The notes beneath the pieces were generated by a model. That model saw only the letters and a program-made list of their open reading frames with translations, was not told where the DNA came from and did no database searches. A program made the translations under genes and the position numbers. A DNA stretch of 64,000 nt, taken from the NCBI GenBank assembly GCA_003971905.1, contig RSEE01000094.1, forward strand, positions 1 to 64,000, written 5' to 3'. How positions within the stretch are numbered: position 1 is the first letter of the stretch; each line of letters begins with the position of its first letter. Below are positions 1 to 13,200 of this stretch, piece by piece. This stretch comes from Moniliella sp. 'wahieum' (taxonomy: Eukaryota).

Positions 1-26
1 CCCTAAACCCCTAACCCTAACCCTAA
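1..26 (+). repeat. Telomeric repeat (CCCTAA)n at chromosome end
   Basis: Four CCCTAA units (one interrupted by AC) at the start of the window, C-rich strand 5'. Confidence 0.9.
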
Positions 27-125
27 GGGAGAGAGTTATGCCGAGGCGATAGCTCGCTACGAAATCGTCCGCTCTATGCAGCATATGCCCTCCGTTTTCC
101 CATCCGACGCCCCGTTCAAAAGTTA

Positions 126-280
126 CACCCACCCCACCCTAACCCTCACCCCCCTCACCCACCCCACCCTAACCCTCACCCCCCTCACCACCACCCTAAC
201 CCTCACCCCCCCTCACCACCCCACCCTAACCCTCACCCCCACCCACCCCACCCTAACCCTCACCCCCCTCACCCACCACC
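126..280 (+). repeat. Subtelomeric ~30-bp tandem repeat with a variant telomere core (CACCCACCCCACCCTAACCCTCACCCCCCT)
   Basis: About five imperfect copies, each containing ACCCTAACCCT. Confidence 0.85.
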
Positions 281-1432
281 ATGCCTGACACACCCCCCGA
301 CACACCAAGACCAGGCGTCGCATCACAGTGAGAGTGGTATGGGTGGATAGCTACAGCCTTGGGCTACTCAAACTAACTCACTCCCGTGGTCTTCCAGTCA
401 AAAGTTGTCTCAACCCTGAATGGGTGGGGTGGGCATGCCCTTGTAAGAGAAGTGAGCGTATTGGAGAACGATCACTTCGGAGGCATGTAGGGGCATCAGA
501 GCCTGCTCCTCGACACAGCGCAAGGAAAAGACAACGGTTTTTTTCGCCCGCCAGCATACGAAGCTGTTGCCTCCCGTGATTACACCGCTGTGGCTCCTGA
601 CTGATCGAGAAAGCAGAAGGGCTTGATCAGAGCTGGAGGTCGGTGGTGCCCTCTAATCCAGCGCTCACGTTTCCTAACCACGGGCTCATGACTGGGTCGC
701 AGGACATTCCAGCCACTATCGTAGAGCCCGACCCATCCAACAATCCGGAGCGAATTGGACGTTCCCACGCCGATGTCACCGGCGCTGAGATCTCGATGGC
801 TAACGCAGGCGCTCCAAAGAGCCCATCCATATTGAACGGCCTAACCCTTTGGTCATTCGGGGACAAGACGCGCGACGTCTATCCTACGTCGTGTCTGCCA
901 TCCACTCGTTGCCGCCCCGCCGGCACACACGCTGTGCAAGAAGGAGATGATCACCTTGTTTGAAGCGGAGGCCAAAGCAAAGCACCACCATACAATTTTA
1001 GTGTAACAGGTGTCTAACTCTGTTCCCTTGGTCTTCCTTGAGAGTGACTACGCCTGCGGTTAGTCCAGGGGCTCTTGGCGCACTGCAAGTGGAGAGCAGG
1101 CGTTGGTTGTCATTCCTCATTTGCCTTGCCGCTCGGACTCTTGCGCTGCGCGAGCAAAGGTATAAGAATCACTCCATCCAAACGCACCACCCCTGTAAGA
1201 CATGGATCAAGGCGCTTTTGCTTGATTTCCTGCCGACCATGTTGCAAAACCACAACCTAGGAGCCGGACCAGGCATTTGCGGTGCTTTGACTTCCCAAGA
1301 ATACAAGACGAGCAAGATGTGTATCCGCAGAACGATCTGGACTGCGTGCTCTACTTTGGCCACCAATGTGTCCAAGGCACTCTTAGTGTACGACTCCTCG
1401 AGTAGTATGGAAGCGAGTTCAGTCAAATTGGT

Positions 1433-2782
1433 GTGTGGCCACTTTGTGCTCTGACATTTGGCGTAAGGAGGCTCGAGCCATCAACCTCGCCATCAGGACG
1501 GTACCTGAAAATGGCGAGATCCGTTGCCGACCCCGTTCCCATCACACCGCCGATTGCCAAAGCTGGGCCGAAAATAGCCAGCCAGCGTGGTGGACCGGGC
1601 GTGCCCAAGACCTGGTGGGCTGGACGGGATGAAGCGTTGTGTCGGTCGTCCTTGCTTGAGGGGCATGTTTGTGTGATGGTCAGCTCTGGCTCGCGACGTG
1701 AGGGACGGCATACACGGGTTCCCTGCGGTTTTCTTCGTACGTTCATCCCCCCCAAACAGCCGGTCGGCATGGAATGCATGAGAACCACACCCTGCCCGAC
1801 TGTTGTTCCTCTGGTCTACGCCAAGAGCGAGGGGAACGAGGCGATGGTGCGTAGTGGGATGTTGATCCCGTCTCTGGGCGGGATGTGGGTCGGATGCAGG
1901 ACAAACGCCAGCTGGCGGTGGCAGGAGACGCAGTCCGAGCGGCGCTTACCGAACCGGTTCGTGTGGGCGATACAGGCGGCGGGGGTCACCGGTCACCGGT
2001 CACCGGAGCAGGATTGAATATTGATTGTACGATTGAAACTTGAAACGATCCTGTGGCGGGTGAACCAACAAGCCGCTGGCGCCTCCTGACACGGCCAAGT
2101 TGAACTGATTCCTTCTCCATCTTTCCCACCACCTTCTCATCCGCCTTGCCCACCGCCTGGAGATCGTGGCGAATCGTGTCGCCTGCCATGGTGCGCGTGC
2201 TCGCGGCACGGTGGGAACTTGCGTAACATTGCCAGCCGCACTGCCTGGCAGTCGTGGACTCAGCCCAAACCAACGACGCGGACAACCTGGCAGTTCCGAT
2301 TCAGGACCATTCGAGTGGTGGAGCGCGCAGCAGCCTCGCGCCCTGGCAGCACTATGGTGCCCCGTCTATTCAAGCAGGCCGCGGGTTGCTTGGGAATTAC
2401 CTATCTAGATCATCTCGACGATCGCGATGCGTTTAACCTGCTTGCTTCTTCCGAAGGCGGGCTGACAGGGAGGCTCCTCGGTCGACGTTTGCGCCCCCTC
2501 AGGGGCGATCCCGAGGACGCCTGGCCACTAGCTATCGATTATTTGGTGCGTGCGCACCGCCAGGTCAAAGCAGGCGTCCTAGTGCGATCGGCGCGTCCGC
2601 CGCGTCCCCAGGACACGGCGCTGGGGTTGGGCCACAGGCGGCTCTGCGCCCGCGTTGCACCGGTTGCCGCTGCAGGACCGCCTGCTTTGTTGCGGGGGGC
2701 TCTGCAACCGACGATTCGGAATCTGCCCCGTCCAATTAGGGCGGAGGATCTGGCGGACCAGCTCCAACAGATGGACGAGTAG
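1433..2782 (+). mobile_element. Decayed 3' part of an L1/Tx1-like non-LTR retrotransposon ORF2
   Basis: Across shifting frames: QRGGPGVP (resembles the post-RT GGLG.P motif), LPNRF, then *FLLHLSHHLLIRLAHRLEIVANR followed by a PHC segment (zf-RVT-like W..FLWRL.H..L + CxxC), then AAGCLGI. No RT core is visible. Confidence 0.45.
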
Positions 2783-5488
2783 CTCTGGCGTGATGTGAAA
2801 AATCCGGGAGGGGGGGATCCGAGAGTGATGCGGCTGGTCAGAGGTGGGACAAAGCTCTTTTCTCCTTGCCATCCCATGTGGGTGCCTTAGGCTTTCGGGT
2901 GCCGACAGTGGTGGTATTCCGCTTGCTTCTATTCAAGGCACTGGTAAGACGAGGTTGGATATGGTGCCTTCCATTGCAGTGGTCCTGCTGGGATCCCTGA
3001 TGCGACTGGGCTCATATCGCACCTGTCCCTGTGGTGGTGCTGCGGTCAAGATGGGGTTGACGCTTCCAAGGCACTCTGTGAGGCGGTGAGGCATCTCGTC
3101 GGTCCGCTTTTGGCTCCTGTTCGCATGCGACACGCCTATGGCATCCTCGCCTTCCTTTCGGCCATACGGCTGCCCCGAAGGGCGAGACGTGCCAATGCAG
3201 TTTCGCTCTTTGTTCTACTACATCCACTTGTTCAACCCTTGCTCTCCAGTGACATACTGACCAGCGCGCTGAACAGGTACCAATACGTTAGGCGCAGGAG
3301 AATAGCCGATGGATTAAGCAAGTGATCGCCTCGCTATACTCAGAAGCATTTCCCCCGCCAGCGACCAAACACCCCTCCAGGCAATGACAAGCTCGAATGG
3401 TGGCGGGGCAAGTTGGGCAAGAGCCGCTGTCTACGATGACCGGGGGCGTGGGTGGTGAGAGCAACGGACAGGCGTTGAAACATATCGAGGACCATTATGA
3501 AGATGTAGATCGAATCTTGGCCGGCTTCTGCCGCGACCTGGTGCCGATGAAGAAGGGATCGCACACCTGCAGATCGGCTCGCTCAAGCCGAGGAATGTGG
3601 GTCAGACATGGGGGTGTGCGGCCAACAGGATGAAACGTTGTGCCGCTACTGGGTGTTCTTCGTGATGTGCTTGCCCGCGGTGCCCGCATCTCTTTGGGCT
3701 TACCGACCCAAGATGGACCCAGCGTGCCAATTGTGTTGGTGGAGATACCTGTACGTGGTTCGTATCCTTCTGCGGCGGCCCAAGTTGCTAACATTCCGCA
3801 TTGGCCAGAGGCAGTCGGAGCGCCCACATTTGTGCAGCTGCTGCGACAGCAAGTTCCCCTCGGCAGTCGTGCCCAGTGCCAAAGGAGGGAGTGCCCCCAT
3901 TGTGCACTTTGGCCAGAGGCAGCACTACTGCCAAAGGCAAGGACACTTCTCACTCCCCGCGACTGCGCCAACACGGAAGGTCCCGAAGTTGCTGCTGAGG
4001 AGCAGAGGCCATTCGATGCCGCTCTGTTGTGTCTGCCGTTATCCCCGTGACCGTAGAACGGGTCCGGGACGCGAGTAGCTGTGAGCTGTGATAAAGTAAA
4101 GCTTCAGCCTTGCATCTTCTGTTTACCACTCGCAACAGGGCTGTTCCCCGTTGCTCCTCTCCTTGTTCCCGCTGCCTCCACCCTCAGCCCCCTCCGGTGG
4201 CGCTAGGCCGGATGCCCACACGGTGAGCTCCTGATACGCCTTTTGCGGTATACCCTTGTGCAGTCAACGATTTGTGCTGCCACCGGCCCAGTCAGTTACC
4301 GAATTGTCTCGTTCTGCCTGTCTCGAACAAATCACTGTTCCCGCCAGCGCCTGTGCACTGCAGGTTGTGACCAAGAGAAGCAGGCCGGTGGGTATACCAG
4401 CCTGTTAATCTGGTCCATCTTCGTGGCCTCCGTGTTATTTTCGACCGAAGTGGGTATATGCTGTTTTGCCCGTGTGCTTGCGTGTGCATTACGTTCGCAT
4501 CCATCTAAGGTGCCTCATCTTGGAGAACTCGGTGCTGTCACCGCATCCCAGGAAAGCCAGGCATGTCCGTTCATCCCATGCGGCTGCTCGGTGTATATCG
4601 CCGATCCCCGCGGGTTAAGCGAGCGGCGAAAGAAAGTGGGGGGATACGATGGCAAAAAGGCGTCCAACCGCGGCGCAGGTTTGATGAATGGCGTGCCCAT
4701 CTCATTGTCGTTCCCCCCTGGTCAACCTTCCATTTGTGCCATCATCGACATCATCATCTCGGCAAAGGCCACGCCACCGGTCAGTCCTTCACCATCTTCC
4801 GCATCTCGTCAACAAGTGAGCAGGATGGGGATTGCCCCATTCACATCAGCTGTAAGCAGTTTCCCATTGTCCCTTCTTTTGTTATGGCTATAACCAGCCC
4901 CAGGGTCAACCCGCGCGCTTGTCGGAGCCCACGCATCGCATTTACTTTTGCCCAACCCCAGCCACATGACGCGCTTTCCCGTGTCTCTTCTCTCCAAATC
5001 ATCCTCCCATCTGCTGGTACGGAGACACGGATGAAAGAGATCGGCTTGTCAGCCATGCTTCTCGGGCTTGGAGACGCTTCGATAACAGCCAGGACAAGAC
5101 GGCATAGACGCCACTCAGGTCTGTGGCGCTTGGTCTACCCACTGCGCCTCTCAGTGTAGGGTGCCGACTTGTGGTTATACCGACTCTTCGGGCGTGTGCG
5201 TATAATTTAACTTCCTCGTGCAGATACTGTCTTGTGGATATATTGTGGTACTAAGGAAAGCGACTCGGGCAGTGTTTCGCGGCAAGCATCCGGTTTAACG
5301 TGAGATGGAGGAAAGGGAAGCAGATAGATTGTGGATACATCTATGGACAGACTGGAGGCAGTCGAGAGGTGAACACAGGATCTCCGAACTGATAGGAACC
5401 ACATCACAGTGCCCATACAGGTCTACTACTAATGGGACAAGACCCCCCTGGCACAGCGTGAGAGTCTGACACCCGGGCAATGCATACT

Positions 5489-5704
5489 TCACCGTCGATT
5501 GCATGACCTCCGTATCCGCAGAACTGGCCACATACTAAGGCAGTATCCTCTCAGGGCACGCACGGGGGCAGTATTTAATTCCCCCCGTAGTCCTGGTACT
5601 GGGCTGCTGTCTCCCCCCCATAAAGCAATGCACGCCCCCATATGCTCCGACTCTCCTACATCTCTCTTGCGTACTCCGAGACCCCGCCCCACCGTCCACA
5701 CCAT
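5489..5704 (-). repeat. Diverged subtelomeric duplication, copy 1
   Basis: Minus-strand MGACIALWGGDSSPVPGLRG aligns with MGECIGLWKDGESSPVRGIQG at 6444-6668; DNA similarity is also visible. Confidence 0.65.
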
Positions 5705-6443
5705 TCAACAGCTACACCTCACAGTACAACCCATCTTTACACACTCTCACCTCTGCTCAACACCCATGACCCGCCGCCGCTCTCGGTCCAGATGTACTTT
5801 CCTCTACCTTCTACACTTCGTGCTAATACCCATGTACGTCGCACCAATATAACCGTGGAGAGAAGCTGCGGTGTCTCCCTCTGCACCGTTGGCCATATAT
5901 GTGGGACAAGACCGAGGCGATCAGCCATAACACACACAGTCTCAAGAAAGGGAACGAGGAGTTTAACGATCATGGGTTTACGAGAAGGCTTTTGCGGCCA
6001 AGTTGGCCCATTCCTCGCAGCGTCCGTACCGTCCCGCCTCCCAGTCCTTGGCCGTATGATGCGACACGGAAGGATAATTCAGTCCCGGGGAGGTGAAGTA
6101 GGAGACGGTAGCGTTGGGCGAGAAAAAGGGCAGTTGTTTGGGCTGGCCGCCAGTCTGGTTGAGATTGAGCAGCATAGGTTCATGGTGTGTCCACCGGGGC
6201 GATGCATTCGAGTTGGCCTCTCCCGTGATGGCATACTGGTTCCAGATGTGCTTGAAGAGCGATTGAAATGGTGCGCCGAGCCAGTCAGCTTGCCGCGGCT
6301 CCACCGTTGGGCCAGGGAGGGTGTACACGTTGGACCGACCGCCCGTGGAACCATACGAAAACTTAGCATAGAAAAAAGAGTGGAAAAGAAAGTGAATTTG
6401 CTGTTTGATCCCCTCTCCCCCATTCATCTGTTGCCTCTCTCTG

Positions 6444-6668
6444 TTACGGAACCCCCCCTGTAAGGTTCCGACTTTGTGGATATACTAACCCTTTTCCGAC
6501 TTGTGCGTATACCAACCCCCGCAGATGCTGACTTACGAATATACTGTTCAGCCAGGCCACCTGGGCAGAGTGTCTTCCGGCAACGCGCCGAAGTAGTGTT
6601 CGATTCCCCTGTATCCCCCGCACGGGACTGCTCTCCCCATCCTTCCACAGACCAATGCATTCCCCCAT
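6444..6668 (-). repeat. Diverged subtelomeric duplication, copy 2
   Basis: Same orientation as copy 1, about 1 kb away. Confidence 0.65.
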
Positions 6669-9600
6669 ACTCTACCACTATCATCATCCGCCACCATATA
6701 GAACTGTGACCGCACCGCATCCCGTCCGATCGGCGACGGTCGCCACTGCATGGCTCAGTCAGTATATATATCGCAATGGAAGATGAACCCCCCATGAGAA
6801 TCCTCGGTGTTAGACTATGATCCTACAGCTGCTCTTATCCCGGCTCGATAGCGTAGTGGTAACTACGCATCCCTGGCCAATAAGCGATGACATGGGTTTT
6901 TGATTCCCATTGGTGTGCCTCTCTTTTCCTCATTATTTCCCCCGGGTTGTGCCTTCTCACACTCGGTGCCATTATTCTGTCTGCACCCTTCACCTCTCAA
7001 GATGCACCCCCCGCGCTTGTACAAGCGTGACCGCACCCGTCCGATCTACGATGGGCACCACAGCATCACTCTGTCTCAGTATATGATACCGCGATGGAAT
7101 AAGAAGAGGCCCACGTGGGAATCCTCGGTGCCCCGTCATTCTTTCTGTATTCTCCTCTGCTCCGGCTGCATTTCCGCCCACACATCCCCCGTCCAGAGCT
7201 TCATTGCGTTCTAAGATACCTCATCCCCACGGCCCGCCACGTAAGCAGCGATACACCATATATAGTACCTCCCAACAGTCCCCATGGCGCTTCTGCCCAC
7301 ACGACCGACCCCAGCACCTCTCCCCCGCCCTTACTCTCCGCCCAGCGGTTCGCCTATACCCACCTCTTCTATTGGAACTGATACCACTTGAATAGAACAC
7401 CACAGCCATATACTGGATCAATACCGTTCTTCCCTTAGGCGTTGTTAGTATGGCGGGGGATCTATTCCCACCCTACTCCCGCATAAGCCCGTGCACGCGT
7501 GTATCTGCCGGGTTGGCGCATCACAAATGGTCTCTGGTGTACCACCGGGCTGCTCCCTTCACCCCTCCACCGCCACCGCCACGTATGCCAAGCCAATGTT
7601 CCTGCCAGCACTTTCAGCATGTTCGTTATAGGCCGGCTAACTGCGGCTGGACGACCATTCTAGGGCCTTTCGAGGTACCGTGGGTGTTCAGCGCCGGATT
7701 GAGTGGCCGAAGGCGGTGCTCAATCCCCTCTCACTCGAAACAAATGGTATATGGAGGGGTGCCGACAGGGATGTTCAATTGCAGAAAGGCTGTTGGGGGC
7801 CGTTCCATCCTCACAGCCGCTACGTTCAACTCTTGGTCTCAGCCCGGCGCGAAGCATTGAGACCATCCTGCATTCCTTTCACACACACGCCCTACACGTC
7901 CAAAAAGGACATACCGACCGTGAGCTTACTCATCAGCTGCATACATGCAGTGCTTGCAGTAAGTCCTCACCTTTGCTTCTGTAGCGACGCGTGAAGGCTC
8001 TGACTTGGAGACACCTAGTCTCTAAACCACAGACGATCAGCGAGTAGGAATCAAGTAACGAGGTGAGCGAGAAGAAGGGGAAGGGGGAAGGAGAGGTGGT
8101 GGCGAAGAGGACAGAGCAGGCAGTGGGACAGGAATGTACACGTGGCCTGCTGGCCTGCGCGCGGCAACTCTAGGGTCTAGCTTTCACATCTACGAATCAG
8201 GCAAGGCACCGGTGGGTGACGTGGCAACACTTCGTTTGCTCATCACTGACTTCCGCATATGAAAACAGCATGTGGGCATTACAACTAATGTGCAACTCAC
8301 TAGCATCGACCCAAACTAGTTGGGAGCACAAGAGGCCTCGCTATGACAACTTGGGTTCACTCTGAGCTTCTAGAAAGAGGTAGGTAGTATGCTCTTTAAG
8401 AAACACCATCACCACTTGGCCACGCAGGTTTCTTCTGCACTAATACGTTTTCCTTATCGACACATAATAGACAACACGATGGCCAATGTGCCCTTGAGCC
8501 TTAGTTGCTAGCACCTCGTCGGGTCCACTTTCTTTATGTCGCCCCGCGAAGGTGCACCGTTTTCCGTGCATGTTTTCAACGGGGTGTGGGGCTACGTGCG
8601 ATATGGGGATTGCTGGAGGGTCATTCGTATGTCGGCCAACACTTCCTTCAAACGCCGGCGAAAGGAATGTTTATTGATGTTCGATTACTGCCTATCTGGC
8701 CTTCTACTTTTATGCCATCTCTTCCAAAAGAAGCAACACCCCTCTAAGTGGAATTTCCTTAGGGGTTGGTACAGTGAGACATAACTTTCAATGCGCCACA
8801 CTCAGTGCTTCATCCCGTGCGGCCCCATCTTCCTTGGGCCAGCGGCGAATACACTCGTCTGCCTTTCATTACGTATGGCAATGATGCTATCATCTTTGTT
8901 CGCTTTGTGGCCCTGATACGTTTGTGTGCAATGTTGTACGCCATGTGTGCATGCCTCAAGAAGGTGGCCCGACGTCCCCGCCGCTCCCAACAATGCGATT
9001 AGCTATTACCGAGATGTATGGGCGGTATATCTCTCTACAATACTTGGTGTGCGCACATGCGTTTCGATGAAGCTTACTAGCCTAACGGCCATGCCGAAGT
9101 ACTAGACGTGTTCACATGCACTTTCACGATATCCTCTGGCCGACGTTTCGGCACCGATATACTTACTAAATAATCGCCCTGCCACTAGCTGCAGAGACTT
9201 TCTCTCCGCACCAGATTAAAAGAAGCTGAGCCTCGCATGCCGTAGACATCTCATCCAATCACGCAGCGTCAGTCCCGTTAGACTAGCGAGAGAGAGCCAG
9301 AAGGAACCTTATCCATGCCGCGGATACTTTCACTAGCGCTTGCTCTTCTTTAGGACTCCGTCTGATTCTGCCGACTACAGCGCGCCGAGTTTGATGACAC
9401 TGCCGGTCACAGCGTTACCGGTCACCCGGAGCGCCTAGAGCTGGACCCATCTTTTCAACTGGTCAAACGATCTACGTATGCGGGTCCTACCTCGGAGGGT
9501 CCTAGCTGCGGCCTTTCACGAAGGCAGCCACCCAAAGTAGAGGGTATCTCCCTTACCCCTACACCCGCTCGATTCAACCAGGGTCTGAAGCAGGACCTAA

Positions 9601-10291
9601 CGTACGTAACTCTAATGCCATGTCCAAGGGCTTTCACCCCCTAAATTGCGAGGTCGAGCTCCGTCTCGGGGCTCGTCCATGAAAGAATCTCTGGACAAAA
9701 GAATCGACACTAGTAGCCTGCCGCACTGGTGTGTGCGCCCGGTATAGTATGGCCAACAAGAGGGACGTCTGAGGTGTGACATGTGATGGCTGTACATTTC
9801 CCCGAATGCCGCCGGCCGCTTCGGCCCGGCGCCATGGCCAAGTAGAGCGTCTATCAGTACTAACATATGACATTGTGGGACCCCGTCTAGTACTACGATC
9901 ATAGCCTAGAATCCACCTGTCGGCCATCGTGGTCACTGTACACGAGGAGACGCGCCAGAGCATCATTTTACTAGAGTAGGTGCCAGGCCCTGGAACGATC
10001 TATAATAGAGTGGTAGGACAACGACGAGGCAGCACGTCAAGTTGTGCTCGAGCACGAGTACAGGAGAGAACGTTGAACGCGTTAACAAGAGAGGGGTATA
10101 GTACACTAGTAGGGGCACAAAACGCAGGTACAGGGTATATACGAGTTGGAGAAGGAGAAGCCAGCGACCAAGTTACAGTACCTGTTGGCCTACCCTTGGG
10201 AAGCGTGGTGAGCAAGACTGAGAAAACGAACCATAAGAAACGAGAAACAAGAAACAAGAAAAAAAGTCAGCATCAAGAGGCCGCTGTGCAA

Positions 10292-13200
10292 TCACGGTAA
10301 CCAAAGACCGAGGAGTGTGGCGTACCTCTCTAGCACCTCTTCCACCACTTGGGCCGACTCAGTCAAGAGCGAGTGTCCAGCGCCCGGAACGCGATGAACT
10401 TGCACCCGTTCTCCCATCTCACGTTCCATCCATTCCACGCCCGTCTTGATCTTATCGTCTTTGCTGCCGTGCCAAACGAGGATGGGCAGGGGCACATCGG
10501 AAAGGCAAACCCCATGGTTTGGCTGTACGCCCCATGATGCGCAACAGATCCGCCGTGCCGGCTCGAGCGTCCATTTCCGCATGGGCAGCACGGAGAAGCA
10601 TCGTTCCCAGCGATCCCGCTCGGCCGTCGTGGAACGGCTTGGAAGGTGTTTCGAGAGACTCTGTGCGCGTGTGGGGGCTGAGATGAAGAGAACCCTCTGC
10701 CAAAGGTGAGCTGGCCCCGGGAGAGGAGGGGTGGATGGCTCGCGGGGGCACGGTGGGTGTGCCTGGTGAAATGGCAGAAGCGGTGCAAGGGAAGAGTTTG
10801 AGGGAGGGAGGGCTAGACACAGGGCGGTGCGAAGCAGGTGAAATATCTGATCGGGCGGGATCAGCAGTGAGGGACGAAGCCGAGGACCTGGAACTCAGGA
10901 TGGAAGAACGTGGCAAGCTGCATGGCGATAAGCGTCCCGAAAGGGAAGGCAGGGGTGAGGTAGAAGAAGGCAAATCAGTAGATGGGCTGAACCTGCATCG
11001 GGGGACAAGACTTCCTCCAATGCCTCTTCCTCGTTCCCCAAAAATGAACCATCCACTCCGCTCGACGTCATGCGAGGGATGAAGCGCGGGAGCCCGAACG
11101 ATGGGTGCCCAAGGGATCGTGGAACAGAAGGCGCGAGTCGTGGGATCGTGTTCGCTACCCCCGACTGAACGGACGGAATGGCGTCTGGTCGGAGGAAAGC
11201 GTCAAGGCGTCAAATGAAGATGAACGCACCATCGATCCATCCGGCCGAGAGGCCAGGGAGTTGGGTGCGACTGGGTGAGGGGGTGGGGAGCGGCCAAGCT
11301 TCCACCCTTGGACTTGCAACTCGGCAGCTTGGGCGGTCCGAATGACGGAAGGCGGGACATATCGCAGCCACTGCCACCCGGCTCCACCGTGGGGTCGGGC
11401 GACCCAGGGAGCGAGGAGATGCACGGGGCCTCGCACCCGATCCGAATACCAATGCCGTCGCCATAGCAAAGGGGGGGCACCAGCACTGTGCGCAAGGATG
11501 GAAAAGGACTGGATGCACAGTTGCTCCATCACCTCGCCCATCACGCTTGCCCAGTCCAGCACCCCAAAGGCAGCCGTCGGCACCTCATCCGTCCGACCCA
11601 GCCCCAACGGTCAGCACAAATCAGACGCAGCCCCAAAGCGCCGGCGAGATCATCGTAGAGCCCGATCAGGTGCCGCACGACGCCAAGACCAAGAAAGACC
11701 AGGACGGGGCTGCCAGCAGGATCGCCTACATCAGCAAAGGAGACATGCAAGCCCGCGTTGTGGCTCGTTCGAGACATAGGATGCGAGTTAGGTTGGGCTT
11801 GAGCAGGGAGGCATGGCCCCTTCGGGGCTCACCCCTCGTCAACAATTGCCGATCGTGGCCCCAGATCACTCGTCCGTCCTCGGTTGCGATCCGACAGGCT
11901 GATGCCAACGATTGGAACATGAGATACGCGCCGGCCCTGTCGGGTTGACGAACGGCGGGAACGGAGAGATGGGAAGCGAGTAAATCGTCCGGAAGAAGAA
12001 GGGGATACTGTGCTATGCCTTCGAGGGTGGATTGGATGGAAGTCCGCGCGGGCCGCCTTGAGATCCGCCAGTGCGGTATCCAAGGCACCCACAGGGAGCG
12101 TATCCTCTTGTAGATCGAGTCGGTAAACAGAGGATGTGATGCCCACCTTGCGTCTGGTTCAAGTGTCGTCGACGATCGCGTTCCGAGCGTGCGGCGACGC
12201 GGCGTGCAAGGCGAATATCTGCCATGAGGGAATTATCCGATTCGGACCCGCCCTCGTCGCTAGAGCACTCAAGCGCCGCCCGAATGGAAGTGGTGGCCAG
12301 ACTTGTGGGGAGTGAATCTGTGGATTGCACCGTACGGTTCGCCTCGTTCATGGCAACGGGTCGCGCTGGCAGAAAGATTCGTGCGACTTGGCTCAGGTCC
12401 GATCCGGACCGGCGGGGAGCACTGCGTCTCCGACCGATACAATAGAGGCGGACGACATGTGTCTTGCGGGAGGTACTCCCTGCCTTCCCGATGGAGCGCT
12501 GGGAAAGACCGATAGACGATTGAGCGCTGAACGAGCCATACGAGGAAATAGCAATGACGAGTCGTGCGATGGTGGAAGCGAGGCGCGGACAGGTGCAGGA
12601 GCTGAAGTGGAAGCATCTCCAGAAGCCGGTGGGGGGGCGGAGGGTTCCCGCTGAGCGCGGAGAGAAAAAACGAAGCAGCTTCATCTCCCGCCAGGAATGT
12701 TAGGCCCGTGGAGCTGTTGGGATCGGGGGAGAGCGCATCGGTTGAGCGTCTGACGCGCGCCGAGCGTCAGCCGGACCGGCAGCAAGAGGGAGCGCGGGTT
12801 TGATCACCATCCCAGGGATGATAATGGCAAGGAGGAGCGCGAAGGAGCGAACGAAGTGGCAGGGCGGGAGGTAGAAGAATATGGAGGGCAATCGAATAAG
12901 CTTGATTCGCCAGGGTCGTAGGAAGCCCGACAGGGGGGAAGTGGGGCAGGAGCTAAGCTCAAAGGAAGGATTGGCCAAACTGGGGGAGATGAGGCTGTTT
13001 CTGTTCCGGAGGGGCTGCCAGACTGGGCAGAGTGTGCTCGGGGGGGCGGGCAGCACACGGTGGGGCTGGCGCACCCAACCGAAGTCGGGTGAGATGAGCG
13101 GGATGCAATGAAGAGCGTCGGGGTGGCGTTTGTGCAACACTCTTGGGGGACTGTGCGGAACCACTTGGTCCAAGCTGGTGGAACGGGAGCAAGTAGCGGC

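Noticed and set aside
36..70. Hammerhead ribozyme near the telomere (hairpin followed by GAAA)
   Set aside because: No CTGANGA core in the required position
126..280. CRISPR-like array or a real THPTLTLTPL repeat protein
   Set aside because: No unique spacers and a eukaryotic context; the peptide is just the translation of telomere-like DNA
3086..5159. Several 130-216 aa ORFs in the subtelomere
   Set aside because: No recognisable motifs; overlapping ORFs on both strands are expected at this GC content
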